Assembly: GCA_047974375.1 (NCBI GenBank)
Contig: JBKECF010000029.1
Location: 4,099 to 68,098 of the forward strand
From: Lachnospirales bacterium
Lineage (GTDB): Bacteria; Bacillota; Clostridia; Lachnospirales; CAMZNU01
Direction: 5' to 3'
Length of the DNA stretch: 64,000 nucleotides
Shown here one piece after another: positions 1 to 10,794 of this stretch. Each line of letters begins with the position of its first letter. The stretch's first letter is position 1. The notes under the pieces are model-generated. The model saw nothing but the letters and a program-made list of their open reading frames with translations, did no database searches and was not told the DNA's origin. Position numbers and translations under genes: made by a program.

Positions 1-779
1 GAGAATTAAAAACTTTTGGCAAGGCACTAAAGATACATATAAAAGTTGACACGGGAATGAATAGAATAGGTTTTAAAACTTTATGTGAGTTTAACAAGGC
101 TTTAAAAATAATAAAAGGCTCCAAGGCGAAAATAACAGGCGTTTATACACATTTTTCCAGTGCCGACGATAGCGAAGACTTTACTAACTATCAAATTAGT
201 GCCTTTAAAGAGCATTTGCAATATATGGATGAAGATGTATTAATACATTGCCAGAATACAGCTGGTTCTTTGAATTTCCCTAATTTAAATTTTGTAAATG
301 CCATACGTCCAGGAGTTGGGATATATGGTATAAATGTAGGATTTAAAGAGATAGATCTAAGGGAATTAGTTACATTAAAAACTAACATAGTGCATATTAA
401 GGAAGTAGATAAAGGCGAGTACATTGGTTACAACAGAACTTTTAAAACAGAAAAACCAACTTTTATAGGCACAATTCCCATAGGCTATGGCGACGGCTTT
501 AAAAGGTGCTATAAGGGAACTAGAGTATTAGTAAATGGTAAACTGTTTCCCATAAGAGGGAATATTTGTATGGACCAAACAATTATAGAAGTAGATGAAT
601 ATGAAAAAACAGGAGATGTAGTTACCTTAATAGGCGAAAATATGACCATAGATATGATTAGTAAAAAAACTTATATATCGCCTTATGAAATATTAACATC
701 ATTGTCTAGCCGATTGTACAAGGAGTTTTATGTTAAGGGTAAATTGATTTTAACAGAAAATCAAATTTTGGAAAGTTAG
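1..779 (+). CDS. alr: Alanine racemase, 5'-truncated by window edge
   Basis: The frame is open from position 3 (ELKTFGKALKIHIKVDTGMNRIG). Motifs HIKVDTGMNRIG, YTHFS, IRPG, PIGYGDG and GNICMDQ are present. The ORF-track Met at 57 is internal. Confidence 0.93.
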   Translation, partial: ELKTFGKALKIHIKVDTGMNRIGFKTLCEFNKALKIIKGSKAKITGVYTHFSSADDSEDFTNYQISAFKEHLQYMDEDVLIHCQNTAGSLNFPNLNFVNAIRPGVGIYGINVGFKEIDLRELVTLKTNIVHIKEVDKGEYIGYNRTFKTEKPTFIGTIPIGYGDGFKRCYKGTRVLVNGKLFPIRGNICMDQTIIEVDEYEKTGDVVTLIGENMTIDMISKKTYISPYEILTSLSSRLYKEFYVKGKLILTENQILES

Positions 780-805
780 ATATAAATTTATATTTGTAAT
801 TATAA

Positions 806-1801
<996 letters not shown>

Positions 1802-1867
1802 ATTTTAGTTACTATATGTAGATTATTTGGTATAATATTAATATAAAAAAGAAAGCAGGTGCACAAA

Positions 1868-2956
1868 ATGGAATGGAATTCAAGTTTTTATGTTTGTCAT
1901 ATGAAAATGTTTAAATTTAACAATATGGAAAATAGGACAATACGACTTAATTTACCAAATAATTTGCAGGGAGATAAAGTTAGATTATTATTTTCAAATG
2001 AATTAGGTCAGTCTAAGGCATATGTGAAAAATATTTTGCTTAACAATGCAAAGGTAACATTTAATGGCAAGGAGGAATTGGAAATACCTGTGGGTGAAGA
2101 AATCTATTCAGACCCATTAGATTTTACATATAGTGATAACATACAAATTACTTACTTCCTACCAAAGCAAAAAATAATTTATAGTGGGAATAATACAGGG
2201 AGTTTTAGCGAACATTCTAAAAGAGGTGTAAAGGAACAGAACTTTGTTTCTACAACTGGACTGTCATTTTTGTTTGATGTAGACCATTTTTCTATTAATT
2301 CTCCTATTCCTTTGTTTAAAGCTGTGGAAATTTATGGGGAGGCAAGAGTCATTTCTTGTTTTGGGGATTCTATAACAGCAGGCTGTCAGTGGTTTGACTG
2401 CTTACAAAGGAATATATATAGTGATTTCCATAATATATCCATGGGCAATGCAGGTATATCCGGAAATAGAATGAATTCAGACTCCCCTGCTAAATTCAGG
2501 GGTCATTTAGGTAAATCTGGTATATCTCGTTTTGAAAAAGATGTATTGGAAATAAAAGGCGTAAGTCATTGTATTATTTCTATAGGTACAAATGATATAG
2601 GCTTTCCAAATACTATTTGGTCAAATGAAAAAATAATTCCAAAGCCTAAGGAGCTTATAAAGAGTTACAAAATATTAACAGATAAATGTAAGGCACAAAA
2701 CATAAAAACTATAGGTATTGGAATATTACCAAGGGATGATAAAGACTTTAGCCCTGAAAAAAATGAAATAAGGCTACAAGTTAATGAGGAGCTTTACAAT
2801 TCAGGCTTTTTTGACCTTGCCCTAAATTGCGATAAGGTCTTTGGAGCTGACAAAGTTAATAGAGATTATTATAGTAAAGACATTCTTCATTTAAGCAAAG
2901 CTGGTGGCGAAGCTTTGGGTCAATATATATATGAAAATATTAAATTTATGTTTTAA
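1868..2956 (+). CDS. SGNH/GDSL hydrolase (esterase)
   Basis: Blocks FGDSIT, NAGISGNR, IGTND and DILH. ATG at 1868 follows an AGGTG SD. Confidence 0.85.
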   Translation: MEWNSSFYVCHMKMFKFNNMENRTIRLNLPNNLQGDKVRLLFSNELGQSKAYVKNILLNNAKVTFNGKEELEIPVGEEIYSDPLDFTYSDNIQITYFLPKQKIIYSGNNTGSFSEHSKRGVKEQNFVSTTGLSFLFDVDHFSINSPIPLFKAVEIYGEARVISCFGDSITAGCQWFDCLQRNIYSDFHNISMGNAGISGNRMNSDSPAKFRGHLGKSGISRFEKDVLEIKGVSHCIISIGTNDIGFPNTIWSNEKIIPKPKELIKSYKILTDKCKAQNIKTIGIGILPRDDKDFSPEKNEIRLQVNEELYNSGFFDLALNCDKVFGADKVNRDYYSKDILHLSKAGGEALGQYIYENIKFMF

Positions 2957-2968
2957 AAGGGAGATAAT

Positions 2969-3589
2969 ATGAAAGTACTATTAATTAATGGAAGCCCAAA
3001 GGGTAAGGGCAGCACCTTTAGTGCGCTTTCAGAAGTCTGTAAAATATTTATAAAAAATGCCATAGAGTGGGAAATACTAAGTGTGGGAAGGGAGCCTATA
3101 AGGGATTGCATTGGCTGTGGTAAGTGTAGAGAACTGAAAAAATGTGCCTTTAATGATGTAGTTAATGAAATAGCTGAAAAAGCACAGGGCTTTGATGGCT
3201 TTGTATTTGGTACGCCTGTTTATTATGCGCATCCTACAGGGAGTATTCTTGCTTTATTAGATAGACTTTTTTATGCCAATTCTATAAATTTTAGGCATAA
3301 ACCGGCTGCAGCTATTGCTGTAGCCAGAAGAGCAGGGGCAGTTGCCTCTATAGATGTAATAAATAAATATTTTACCATAAGTGAAATGCCAATAGTTTCA
3401 GCCAGATATTGGAATGGTGTTTATGGAAGAGATAGCGACGATGTGCCTAAAGATGATGAGGGCATGGAAAATATGCGCATACTTGGAGAAAATATGACAT
3501 GGATGCTTAAGTGTATTGATTTAGGCAAAAGAAATAATATATTGCCACCGGTAAATAATAAAGAAAAATGGACACATTTTATACGATAA
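2969..3589 (+). CDS. Flavodoxin-fold iron-sulfur flavoprotein (NADPH-dependent FMN reductase family)
   Basis: INGSP, CIGCGKC..C and GTPVYY motifs. Confidence 0.88.
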   Translation: MKVLLINGSPKGKGSTFSALSEVCKIFIKNAIEWEILSVGREPIRDCIGCGKCRELKKCAFNDVVNEIAEKAQGFDGFVFGTPVYYAHPTGSILALLDRLFYANSINFRHKPAAAIAVARRAGAVASIDVINKYFTISEMPIVSARYWNGVYGRDSDDVPKDDEGMENMRILGENMTWMLKCIDLGKRNNILPPVNNKEKWTHFIR

Positions 3590-3593
3590 AAAA

Positions 3594-3850
3594 GGGGCTG
3601 TCGGGAAAAGAAAAAACCTTGGTGCTTTGCCCCAAGCCATTGGTCGTAAAGTCTTGATTTATTGCTTAGGCAAGCAACTATCCCCACAAGCTTTTATAAA
3701 AGTTGGTAGCAGACTTGGTTGCAGGCTGCAGGCTTGAGCAAAATTTTATTTAAAAAAGAGCGAAAACCCCATCGCTCTTTTTGTACTTTTATATAAATTT
3801 ATTAAAATTGCCTTTTAATATAGTAATATTTTTTATTTCAAGACAGTTCT
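3594..3850. repeat. Dispersed intergenic repeat, MITE-like element (copy 1), containing a bidirectional terminator hairpin at 3752-3783
   Basis: The ends GGGGCTGTCGGGAAA (3594) and TTTCAAGACAGTTCT (to 3850) are imperfect inverted repeats. The reverse complement of 3752-3850 aligns with 54144-54241. Confidence 0.6.
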
Positions 3851-3866
3851 TTTGAGGTTTTGAATT

Positions 3867-5153
3867 TTATTTGTTTGGTATAAGTTTTTCTGTGCCACCC
3901 ATATACATTTGTAGTGGCTTTGGTATATTTACACTGCCATCCTCATTTAAATTATTTTCTAAAAATGCAATTAGCATACGTGGTGGGGCTACAACTGTAT
4001 TATTTAGGGTATGGCAGAATTCTTTGCCAGATTCTCCAGCGTATTTTATATTTAATCTTCTGGCTTGAGCTTCGCCTAGGTTTGAACAGCTACCTACTTC
4101 GAAATATTTCTTCTGGCGAGGGGACCAAGCTTCTATGTCTACAGATTTAACTTTTAGATCGGCTAAGTCTCCAGAGCAACATTCCAATGTACGAACAGGC
4201 ACACCTAATGAACGGAATAAGTCTACTGTGTATTTCCACATTTTATGATACCAATCCATGCTATCATCGGCTTTACATATAACAACCATTTCTTGCTTTT
4301 CAAATTGGTGTATGCGATATACACCACGCTCTTCTATACCATGTGCGCCTTTTTCTTTTCTAAAGCATGGTGAGTAACTTGTAAGGGTATGGGGTAGAGT
4401 TTTTTCATCTACAGTTGTATCAATGTATTTACCAATCATAGAATGTTCGCTTGTGCCAATTAAAAATAAATCTTCTCCTTCAATTTTATACATCATGGAG
4501 TCCATTTCGGTAAAACTCATTACACCACTTACCACATTACTTCTAATCATAAAAGGTGGAATGCAATATGTAAAGCCGTTGTTTATCATAAAATCTCTAG
4601 CATAACTAGTCATTGCGGAATGTAATCTTGCAATATCTCCTAATAAATAGTAAAAACCATTACCAGCAACTTTTCCTGCAGACTCTAAGTCGATGCCATT
4701 AAATGTTGCCATTATATCTGTATGGTATGGGATTTCATAGCTTGGTACAACTGGTTCGCCGAATTTTTCTAGTTCCACATTTTCGCTATCATCTTTACCT
4801 ATTGGAACGCTATTATCAATTATATTAGGAATAGTCATCATTATAGTAGTTATTTTTTCGCCTACTTCTTTTTCTTGAACTTCTAGTTCGCCCAGTTTTT
4901 TTGCGAAGTCAGCTACTTGGTTTTTAATTACTTCTGCCTCTTCTTTTTTGCCTTGACCCATTAATTGGCCTATTTCTTTAGATAGGGAATTTCTTTTTGC
5001 TCGAAGTGTATCGGCTTCCGTTTGAGCGTTACGGCGAGTAATGTCTAATTCTATTACTTCATCAACTAAGTTTACTTTGCCTTCTTGAAATTTTTTCTTC
5101 ATGTTATTTTTAACTACATCGGGATTTTCTCGTATAAATTTAATATCTAACAT
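3867..5153 (-). CDS. serS: Seryl-tRNA synthetase
   Basis: MLDIKFIREN start, coiled-coil arm, GTSEH, motif 2 FRKEKGAHG..RGVYRIHQFEK and HTLNNT. Confidence 0.97.
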   Translation of the reverse strand: MLDIKFIRENPDVVKNNMKKKFQEGKVNLVDEVIELDITRRNAQTEADTLRAKRNSLSKEIGQLMGQGKKEEAEVIKNQVADFAKKLGELEVQEKEVGEKITTIMMTIPNIIDNSVPIGKDDSENVELEKFGEPVVPSYEIPYHTDIMATFNGIDLESAGKVAGNGFYYLLGDIARLHSAMTSYARDFMINNGFTYCIPPFMIRSNVVSGVMSFTEMDSMMYKIEGEDLFLIGTSEHSMIGKYIDTTVDEKTLPHTLTSYSPCFRKEKGAHGIEERGVYRIHQFEKQEMVVICKADDSMDWYHKMWKYTVDLFRSLGVPVRTLECCSGDLADLKVKSVDIEAWSPRQKKYFEVGSCSNLGEAQARRLNIKYAGESGKEFCHTLNNTVVAPPRMLIAFLENNLNEDGSVNIPKPLQMYMGGTEKLIPNK

Positions 5154-5202
5154 TTCTGCTCCTTAGGTTGTATATTTTGAATTGGTTTATCTTTCTTTTA
5201 AT

Positions 5203-5232
5203 ATTATAGTTATTGCTATTGGAAACTGTCAA
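5203..5232 (-). promoter_or_regulatory. Sigma-A promoter of serS
   Basis: TTGACA (5232-5227), 18 nt spacer, TATAAT (5208-5203) on the minus strand. Confidence 0.7.
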
Positions 5233-5369
5233 GCCTTTTATAGATTTTATCCTAGTGAAACACATGAATAAAAAACACACGAAAGATAGCAAGCAATTTA
5301 CGTTTTTTTGTGGTATAATATAAATATAAAATGGTGGGATATATTAGTTTATAGTAAGGAGGGAATAAT

Positions 5370-6101
5370 ATGAAGAAGACTATAAGTATGGCTGTTGTTT
5401 TAGCTTTGTTAATGGCAACGTATATCAGCGCAGATTGCAACAAGAATAACGTTAAAAGCAAAAAAGAAACTTCTATGAACGGAGGACATAGTTCTTTTGT
5501 CAATGCAAAAGAAGAAATCTTGATGCCTCAAGGCATACATTACCAAAGAGAGGGTAATACAACGCAAATAAGAATAATAGAACATAATCTTATAAAAGAT
5601 TATATAGAAATGAACAATCTAGAAGTACCAGAAGGCTCTACCTTAACTGAAATCATATATATTGAAAATAAACTAGAAGCACCAAAAAATAATAATAAAC
5701 AAAGTAGAGCTATAGTCGCAAAAAATGTTGTAACGAGATCTGGTTATTATGTTTATAGTGGTCAGGAAGAGTACGATATATTATACAATTACAGTACCAC
5801 AACAACAGATTTATTTACAACAGAGTATTCTCAAACAAAAGAGGCTAATTTTTCAGTAAATGCTGGTATAACTGTAGGAGTGGGATTTGCTGTTAGAGGC
5901 GAAGTAACGAATAAAAAAACATATAGCACTAAAATCCCTCCAAGAACAAAAGTTAAAATAAAAGTACAAACGAATTATTTAGTAAAAGACTTTGATATAT
6001 ACGATACTGGGCTTTTAAATGACAAATACACATACATAGGAAAGGGAGTCGCATGGACACCTGTAGGATTAATAATAGAGAAATATAAAAGTAATATATA
6101 A
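5370..6101 (+). CDS. Secreted hypothetical protein with an aerolysin/ETX-MTX2-like beta-rich C-terminus
   Basis: Strong SD AAGGAGG, signal peptide MKKTISMAVVLALLMATYISA, S/T-rich strands, alternating hairpin and IPPRTKVKIKV. Confidence 0.55.
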   Translation: MKKTISMAVVLALLMATYISADCNKNNVKSKKETSMNGGHSSFVNAKEEILMPQGIHYQREGNTTQIRIIEHNLIKDYIEMNNLEVPEGSTLTEIIYIENKLEAPKNNNKQSRAIVAKNVVTRSGYYVYSGQEEYDILYNYSTTTTDLFTTEYSQTKEANFSVNAGITVGVGFAVRGEVTNKKTYSTKIPPRTKVKIKVQTNYLVKDFDIYDTGLLNDKYTYIGKGVAWTPVGLIIEKYKSNI

Positions 6102-6131
6102 CAATGTGTATAATATAAAACTAATATTCGA

Positions 6132-6197
6132 TAAGTCAATAGACCTTTCTGTCAGTGAGGGCTTGTGCCCCCACTGACAGAAAGGTCTATTGACTTA
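6132..6197. terminator. 26-bp perfect inverted repeat between convergent genes
   Basis: TAAGTCAATAGACCTTTCTGTCAGTG (6132-6157) and its exact reverse complement (6172-6197). Confidence 0.7.
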
Positions 6198-7475
6198 CTA
6201 AAATTTATCGAAAAATTTTTTTATTACTTTAATGGTATAATTAATATCCTCTTCATTCAATGCATGAGAGATAAACATAGCTTCGTATTGTGAGGGTGAA
6301 GTATAAATTCCATTTTCTAGCATAAACCAAAAATAATCTTTATACTTTTTTGTATTTGCACAAAGGGCATCATTATAGGAATTTACTTTGTGTCTTGCAA
6401 AAAAAGGAGTAAGTAGAGAGCCTATTTGATTAACTATAACTTCTCCTTTAGAATAAAGTTCGAAAGCTTCTTTTAACCTTTCGCCTTTTATATCTAAATC
6501 TTTGTATATATCTTCATTATTTTTTAAAATATTTAAGGTTGCAATTCCTGCGGCAGTGCTTATTGGGTTTCCTGAAAGTGTTCCAGCTTGATATACGTTT
6601 CCTAAAGGTGCTATATATTCCATTATTTCCTTTTTTCCGCCAAAAGCACCAATAGGCATTCCACCGCCAACTATTTTTCCTAGAGTAATTAAATCGGTAT
6701 CTATGTCAAAATATTTAGATGCTCCACCAGTACCCAGCCTAAAACCTGTAATTACTTCGTCAAAAATAAGAAGAGAATTGTATTTTTTTGTTATTTCCCT
6801 TAAAAATTTCAAAAAATTATTATTGGGCAACACTATTCCCATATTTGCGGGAACGGGTTCTACAATTAAGCAAGCTATGTCCTGTCCATGGTTTTTAAAT
6901 AATTTTTCTACGGAATTTTGGTCATTAAAATCAGCCAATAAAGTTAGTTTTGTGTAATCTGTAGGTACTCCAGCGCTGTCAGGCAAGGAATTTGTTAGTA
7001 AACCGGAGCCGGCTTTTGCTAATAATCCATCAGAATGGCCGTGGTAGCACCCATTAAATTTTATCACTAGACTTTTTTTACTATAGGCTCTGGCAACTCT
7101 TATGGCACTCATTACTGCTTCTGTGCCAGAACTTACAAGCCTTACCATGTCCATTGAAGGAATGAGTTCAGTAATTAACTGGGCTAAAATTATTTCCTTT
7201 TCTGTTGGAGCACCATAGGTTAAGCCGTCATTGCAAGCTGCTTTTACTGCTTCGAGAACTTCGTCATTGCCATTGCCTAATATATTTGGTCCCCAAGAAG
7301 ATACATAGTCTATGTATTGGTTACCATCGGCATCATATATTTTTGATCCTTTGGCTTTAGTAATAAACAGTGGGTTTCCTCCTACGGAATTAAAAGCTCG
7401 TACAGGGCTGTTTACTCCACCTGGTATTATTTTTTTTGCCTTCTGAAAAAGTTCTAGGGAAGTTTTAGTATTCAA
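6198..7475 (-). CDS. hemL: Glutamate-1-semialdehyde 2,1-aminomutase
   Basis: PGGVNSPVRAF, SGTEAVMSAIRVAR, FDEVITGFR, LGKIVGGGMP and YQAGTLSGNP. Confidence 0.96.
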   Translation of the reverse strand: MNTKTSLELFQKAKKIIPGGVNSPVRAFNSVGGNPLFITKAKGSKIYDADGNQYIDYVSSWGPNILGNGNDEVLEAVKAACNDGLTYGAPTEKEIILAQLITELIPSMDMVRLVSSGTEAVMSAIRVARAYSKKSLVIKFNGCYHGHSDGLLAKAGSGLLTNSLPDSAGVPTDYTKLTLLADFNDQNSVEKLFKNHGQDIACLIVEPVPANMGIVLPNNNFLKFLREITKKYNSLLIFDEVITGFRLGTGGASKYFDIDTDLITLGKIVGGGMPIGAFGGKKEIMEYIAPLGNVYQAGTLSGNPISTAAGIATLNILKNNEDIYKDLDIKGERLKEAFELYSKGEVIVNQIGSLLTPFFARHKVNSYNDALCANTKKYKDYFWFMLENGIYTSPSQYEAMFISHALNEEDINYTIKVIKKFFDKF

Positions 7476-8442
7476 AATTTTCCTCCTTTATCCAGTTGGC
7501 TACTTCTATAGCGTGGTAAGTTATAATTATACTTGCACCTGCTCGTTTTATGGCTGTTAAATTTTCAAATATGATTTTTTTTGTGTCAATATATCCCATT
7601 TCGCCGGCAAGTTTTACCATGGAATATTCGCCACTTACGTTGTAGGCACAAATTGGAAGATTAAAATTGTTGCTGGCGTCTCTTATTATGTCTAAGTAGG
7701 CTAGGGCGGGTTTTATCATAACTATGTCTGCACCTTCGGCAATATCTTCTTCTATTTCTATTAGAGCTTCTTTTCTATTGCTTACATCCATTTGGTACGT
7801 TTTTCTGTCAAATAGACTTGGTGTTGAATGTGCTGCATCTCTAAAGGGTGCGTAGTATCCAGAGGCATACTTGGCACTGTATGACATTATAGGTAAGTTT
7901 TTAAAGCCATTTTCATCTAGTATACTTCTAATTGCTAGTACTCTACCATCCATCATATCCGATGGGGCTATTATATCAGCGCCTGCCTTGGCTAGGCTTA
8001 AAGCGGCTTTTGCTAACAATTCAACTGTTGCATCATTTTCAACGGTATTATCATTTATAATACCGCAATGCCCGTGAGAAGTATATTCGCAAAGGCATAC
8101 ATCTGCGACTACAAACAAAGATGGATAGTTTTCTTTTATATTTTTAATAGCCTTTTGAGTTATGCCATTTTCATTGTATGCCTCACTTCCAACTTCGTCT
8201 TTGTGGGATGGAATGCCGAATATTAGTACTCCCTTTATACCGCTTTCAACAACTCTATTTAACTCAATATTCATTGTATCTAAGGAGTATTGATTAATAC
8301 CAGGCATGGATTTTATAGGGTTTACAATATTGCTCCCTTCCATTATAAACATGGGATATATAAAATCTTTTATATTTAATGTTGTTTCTCTAACAAGGTT
8401 TCTTATATCTTTATTAATTCGTAATGGTCTTGTTCTTTTCAT
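7465..8442 (-). CDS. hemB: Porphobilinogen synthase
   Basis: DVCLCEYTSHGHCG, APSDMMDGRV, MIKPAL and AYNVSGEY. Confidence 0.96.
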   Translation of the reverse strand: MKRTRPLRINKDIRNLVRETTLNIKDFIYPMFIMEGSNIVNPIKSMPGINQYSLDTMNIELNRVVESGIKGVLIFGIPSHKDEVGSEAYNENGITQKAIKNIKENYPSLFVVADVCLCEYTSHGHCGIINDNTVENDATVELLAKAALSLAKAGADIIAPSDMMDGRVLAIRSILDENGFKNLPIMSYSAKYASGYYAPFRDAAHSTPSLFDRKTYQMDVSNRKEALIEIEEDIAEGADIVMIKPALAYLDIIRDASNNFNLPICAYNVSGEYSMVKLAGEMGYIDTKKIIFENLTAIKRAGASIIITYHAIEVANWIKEENFEY

Positions 8443-9911
8443 AATTTTCTTTCCTTTAAATCTATAATTGTGGAAACTAAACCTGCCACACTTGAGGCTT
8501 TGGCTTTGTGGACTGTATACCCATTGTTTTGGAGTTCTAGTTTTGATAGATTACCTATACAAACAATTTTACAATTTTCATTTATTTTTGCATTAGTATC
8601 TAAAAGTTCTCTAACGCTAGTTGCACTAGAAAAAGTAATAAAGTCTAATGCGTCTAATTCATTTATTCTGTTTTTTAAAACAATATCGTATATTTCGTAT
8701 TCGCTAAAATTTATATTATTTTCTTTAAATATATCAGTCAATTCGGAAGTATGTTTAGTAGCCCTAGGAATTAGTACTTTTTCTGTTGAAGATATTATTT
8801 TAGTTAATCCATTACCAAGTTCCACCGAGGAAAATGTTTCGGGGATGAAATCAGCAATAAATCCATAGTTTTTTAATACTTCCCCAGTACCAGACCCTAC
8901 ACAAGCAAATTTTATTTTACCTAGATTGCGTAAATCTATATTTGAATTTAAAAAGTTCTTAAAGGTTACATATATGGAGTTGGCACTGGTAAATACAATC
9001 CAACTAAAAGTGCCTATATGCTTTAATGCTTCAATAAATTGGTTGTTTTTAATTTCTTTTATATCGAAATCGCAAATTTCTATTACATTTGCTCCCAGTG
9101 GTTCTAATTGATTTTTTTGTCTTTCTATGAGGGATCTGGTACCTGTTAAGCCAATATTTACGCCAGATAGTATATTTTTATCTGTTAAATTAAATTTAGC
9201 CACTTCACCTATTACTAAAATAGCAGGGGCTTTTATTTGTGAATTTTCAGCAATATTTAATATGTTTTTTAAAGTTCCTCTTACTTCAAATTGTTTGTAT
9301 GTTGTTGCATTGGAAATAATGGCTACAGGAGTATTTTCGGATTTTCCATTTTTCATTAATCCATTAACAATATTTTTTAAATTACCCATGGCCATTAAAA
9401 ATACTAGAGTGTCATTTAATTTTGCTAGTACATCTAAATTATTTGGGCAAGTGTTTTCGGATTCGTTGGTATGACCAGTTATTACATGGAAGCCTCTACT
9501 TATACCTCTATGGGTTATGGGAATGCCTGCATAGCCTAAGCCTGCGATGGCAGAGGTTACTCCTGGTATTATTTTGTAAGGGATGTTATTTTCTTTAAGT
9601 TTTAAAATTTCTTCGCCGCCACGACCAAAGACAAATGGGTCGCCACCTTTAAGACGAACTACAATATTATTTTTTAATGCCTCTTGTACTATTATATTAT
9701 TTATTTCTTCTTGGTCTATTGTATGGTTTCCTACGGATTTGCCAACATAAATTTTCTTGCAACTGTTTTTTACACAATCCACTAGTTTCGGGTCTACTAG
9801 TCTGTCATAAATTAATACATTACATTCCTTTATAACTTCATAGCCTTTTTTTGTTATTAAATCAATATTACCTGGCCCTGCCCCAACTATATATACAAAA
9901 CCATTATTCAT
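8439..9911 (-). CDS. cobA: Uroporphyrinogen-III C-methyltransferase / uroporphyrinogen-III synthase fusion (CobA-HemD)
   Basis: N-terminal VGAGPG and RLKGGDPFVFGRGGEE; C-terminal HemD-like FTSANS and FSSATSV. Confidence 0.92.
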   Translation of the reverse strand: MNNGFVYIVGAGPGNIDLITKKGYEVIKECNVLIYDRLVDPKLVDCVKNSCKKIYVGKSVGNHTIDQEEINNIIVQEALKNNIVVRLKGGDPFVFGRGGEEILKLKENNIPYKIIPGVTSAIAGLGYAGIPITHRGISRGFHVITGHTNESENTCPNNLDVLAKLNDTLVFLMAMGNLKNIVNGLMKNGKSENTPVAIISNATTYKQFEVRGTLKNILNIAENSQIKAPAILVIGEVAKFNLTDKNILSGVNIGLTGTRSLIERQKNQLEPLGANVIEICDFDIKEIKNNQFIEALKHIGTFSWIVFTSANSIYVTFKNFLNSNIDLRNLGKIKFACVGSGTGEVLKNYGFIADFIPETFSSVELGNGLTKIISSTEKVLIPRATKHTSELTDIFKENNINFSEYEIYDIVLKNRINELDALDFITFSSATSVRELLDTNAKINENCKIVCIGNLSKLELQNNGYTVHKAKASSVAGLVSTIIDLKERKL

Positions 9912-10794
9912 TATTCAACAGCTCCTTTGTAAGTTTGTAAGATAATTCCATATAGTTTTTTACATCTCCTTGAATATGAGTTTTATTAACTTTACCATCT
10001 ACTTCATATATTCCATAAATATAGATTGTTTTATTTTTTATATATGAATATGCGCCAATCATTTCATGGCAACTTCCTTGAAGTTCTTTAAGTATATTCC
10101 TTTCGGTATTAAGGGCGATACTTGTATTTTCATCATTTATTGCATTAATTAAACCTTGAAGTTCATCATCAATTCTGCCTTCAATGGCTATTATGCCTTG
10201 TCCACTAGCAGGTATAAAATCATCAATATTAAAATATGTATAGGTGAATTCCTTTAAATTATGTAAATTTAGTCTATTTAAACCGGCGCTGGCTAAAATT
10301 ATTGCGTCAAATTTATTTTCTCTTAAAGCATTTAAACGTGTGGGTACATTTCCCCTTAAGTTATGGCAAGCTACGTTATATAGCTGTTTTATTTGATATT
10401 GTCGCCTTAAACTACCTGTTCCCACAGTTAGGGGGTTATTGTTTAATAGGTTTTTGTTGGAAATTAGAACATCTCTAGGGTCATCTCTTTTTAGTACACC
10501 TAAAATACCAAGACCTTGGGGTATTTCACGTGGCATATCTTTTGCGCTATGTATGGCTATGTCGATTTTTTGGTTTAATAAAGCCTTTTCGAATTCATCA
10601 ATAAATACACCTTTGCCACCAAATTCTAGTAAAGGTCTATTTAAAATTTCATCACCCTTAGTACTAATAGTTACAATTTCGAAGTCCAGTGAATTATTAA
10701 CTTTTTTAAGTTCATCTATAACTAGGTTTGTTTGTGCTAAGGCTAAATCACTTTTTCTAGTTCCTATTTTTATTGTTTTATTCATTATTTTCAT
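9904..10794 (-). CDS. hemC: Hydroxymethylbilane synthase (start may be 10785)
   Basis: IGTRKSDLALAQ, GKGVF, HSAKDMP, GTGSLRR and RGNVPTRL. Confidence 0.95.
   Translation of the reverse strand: MKIMNKTIKIGTRKSDLALAQTNLVIDELKKVNNSLDFEIVTISTKGDEILNRPLLEFGGKGVFIDEFEKALLNQKIDIAIHSAKDMPREIPQGLGILGVLKRDDPRDVLISNKNLLNNNPLTVGTGSLRRQYQIKQLYNVACHNLRGNVPTRLNALRENKFDAIILASAGLNRLNLHNLKEFTYTYFNIDDFIPASGQGIIAIEGRIDDELQGLINAINDENTSIALNTERNILKELQGSCHEMIGAYSYIKNKTIYIYGIYEVDGKVNKTHIQGDVKNYMELSYKLTKELLNNE

Noticed and set aside
3421-3687. 88-aa minus-strand ORF running through the repeat
   Set aside because: It overlaps the flavoprotein gene and the non-coding repeat, and has no transposase motifs.
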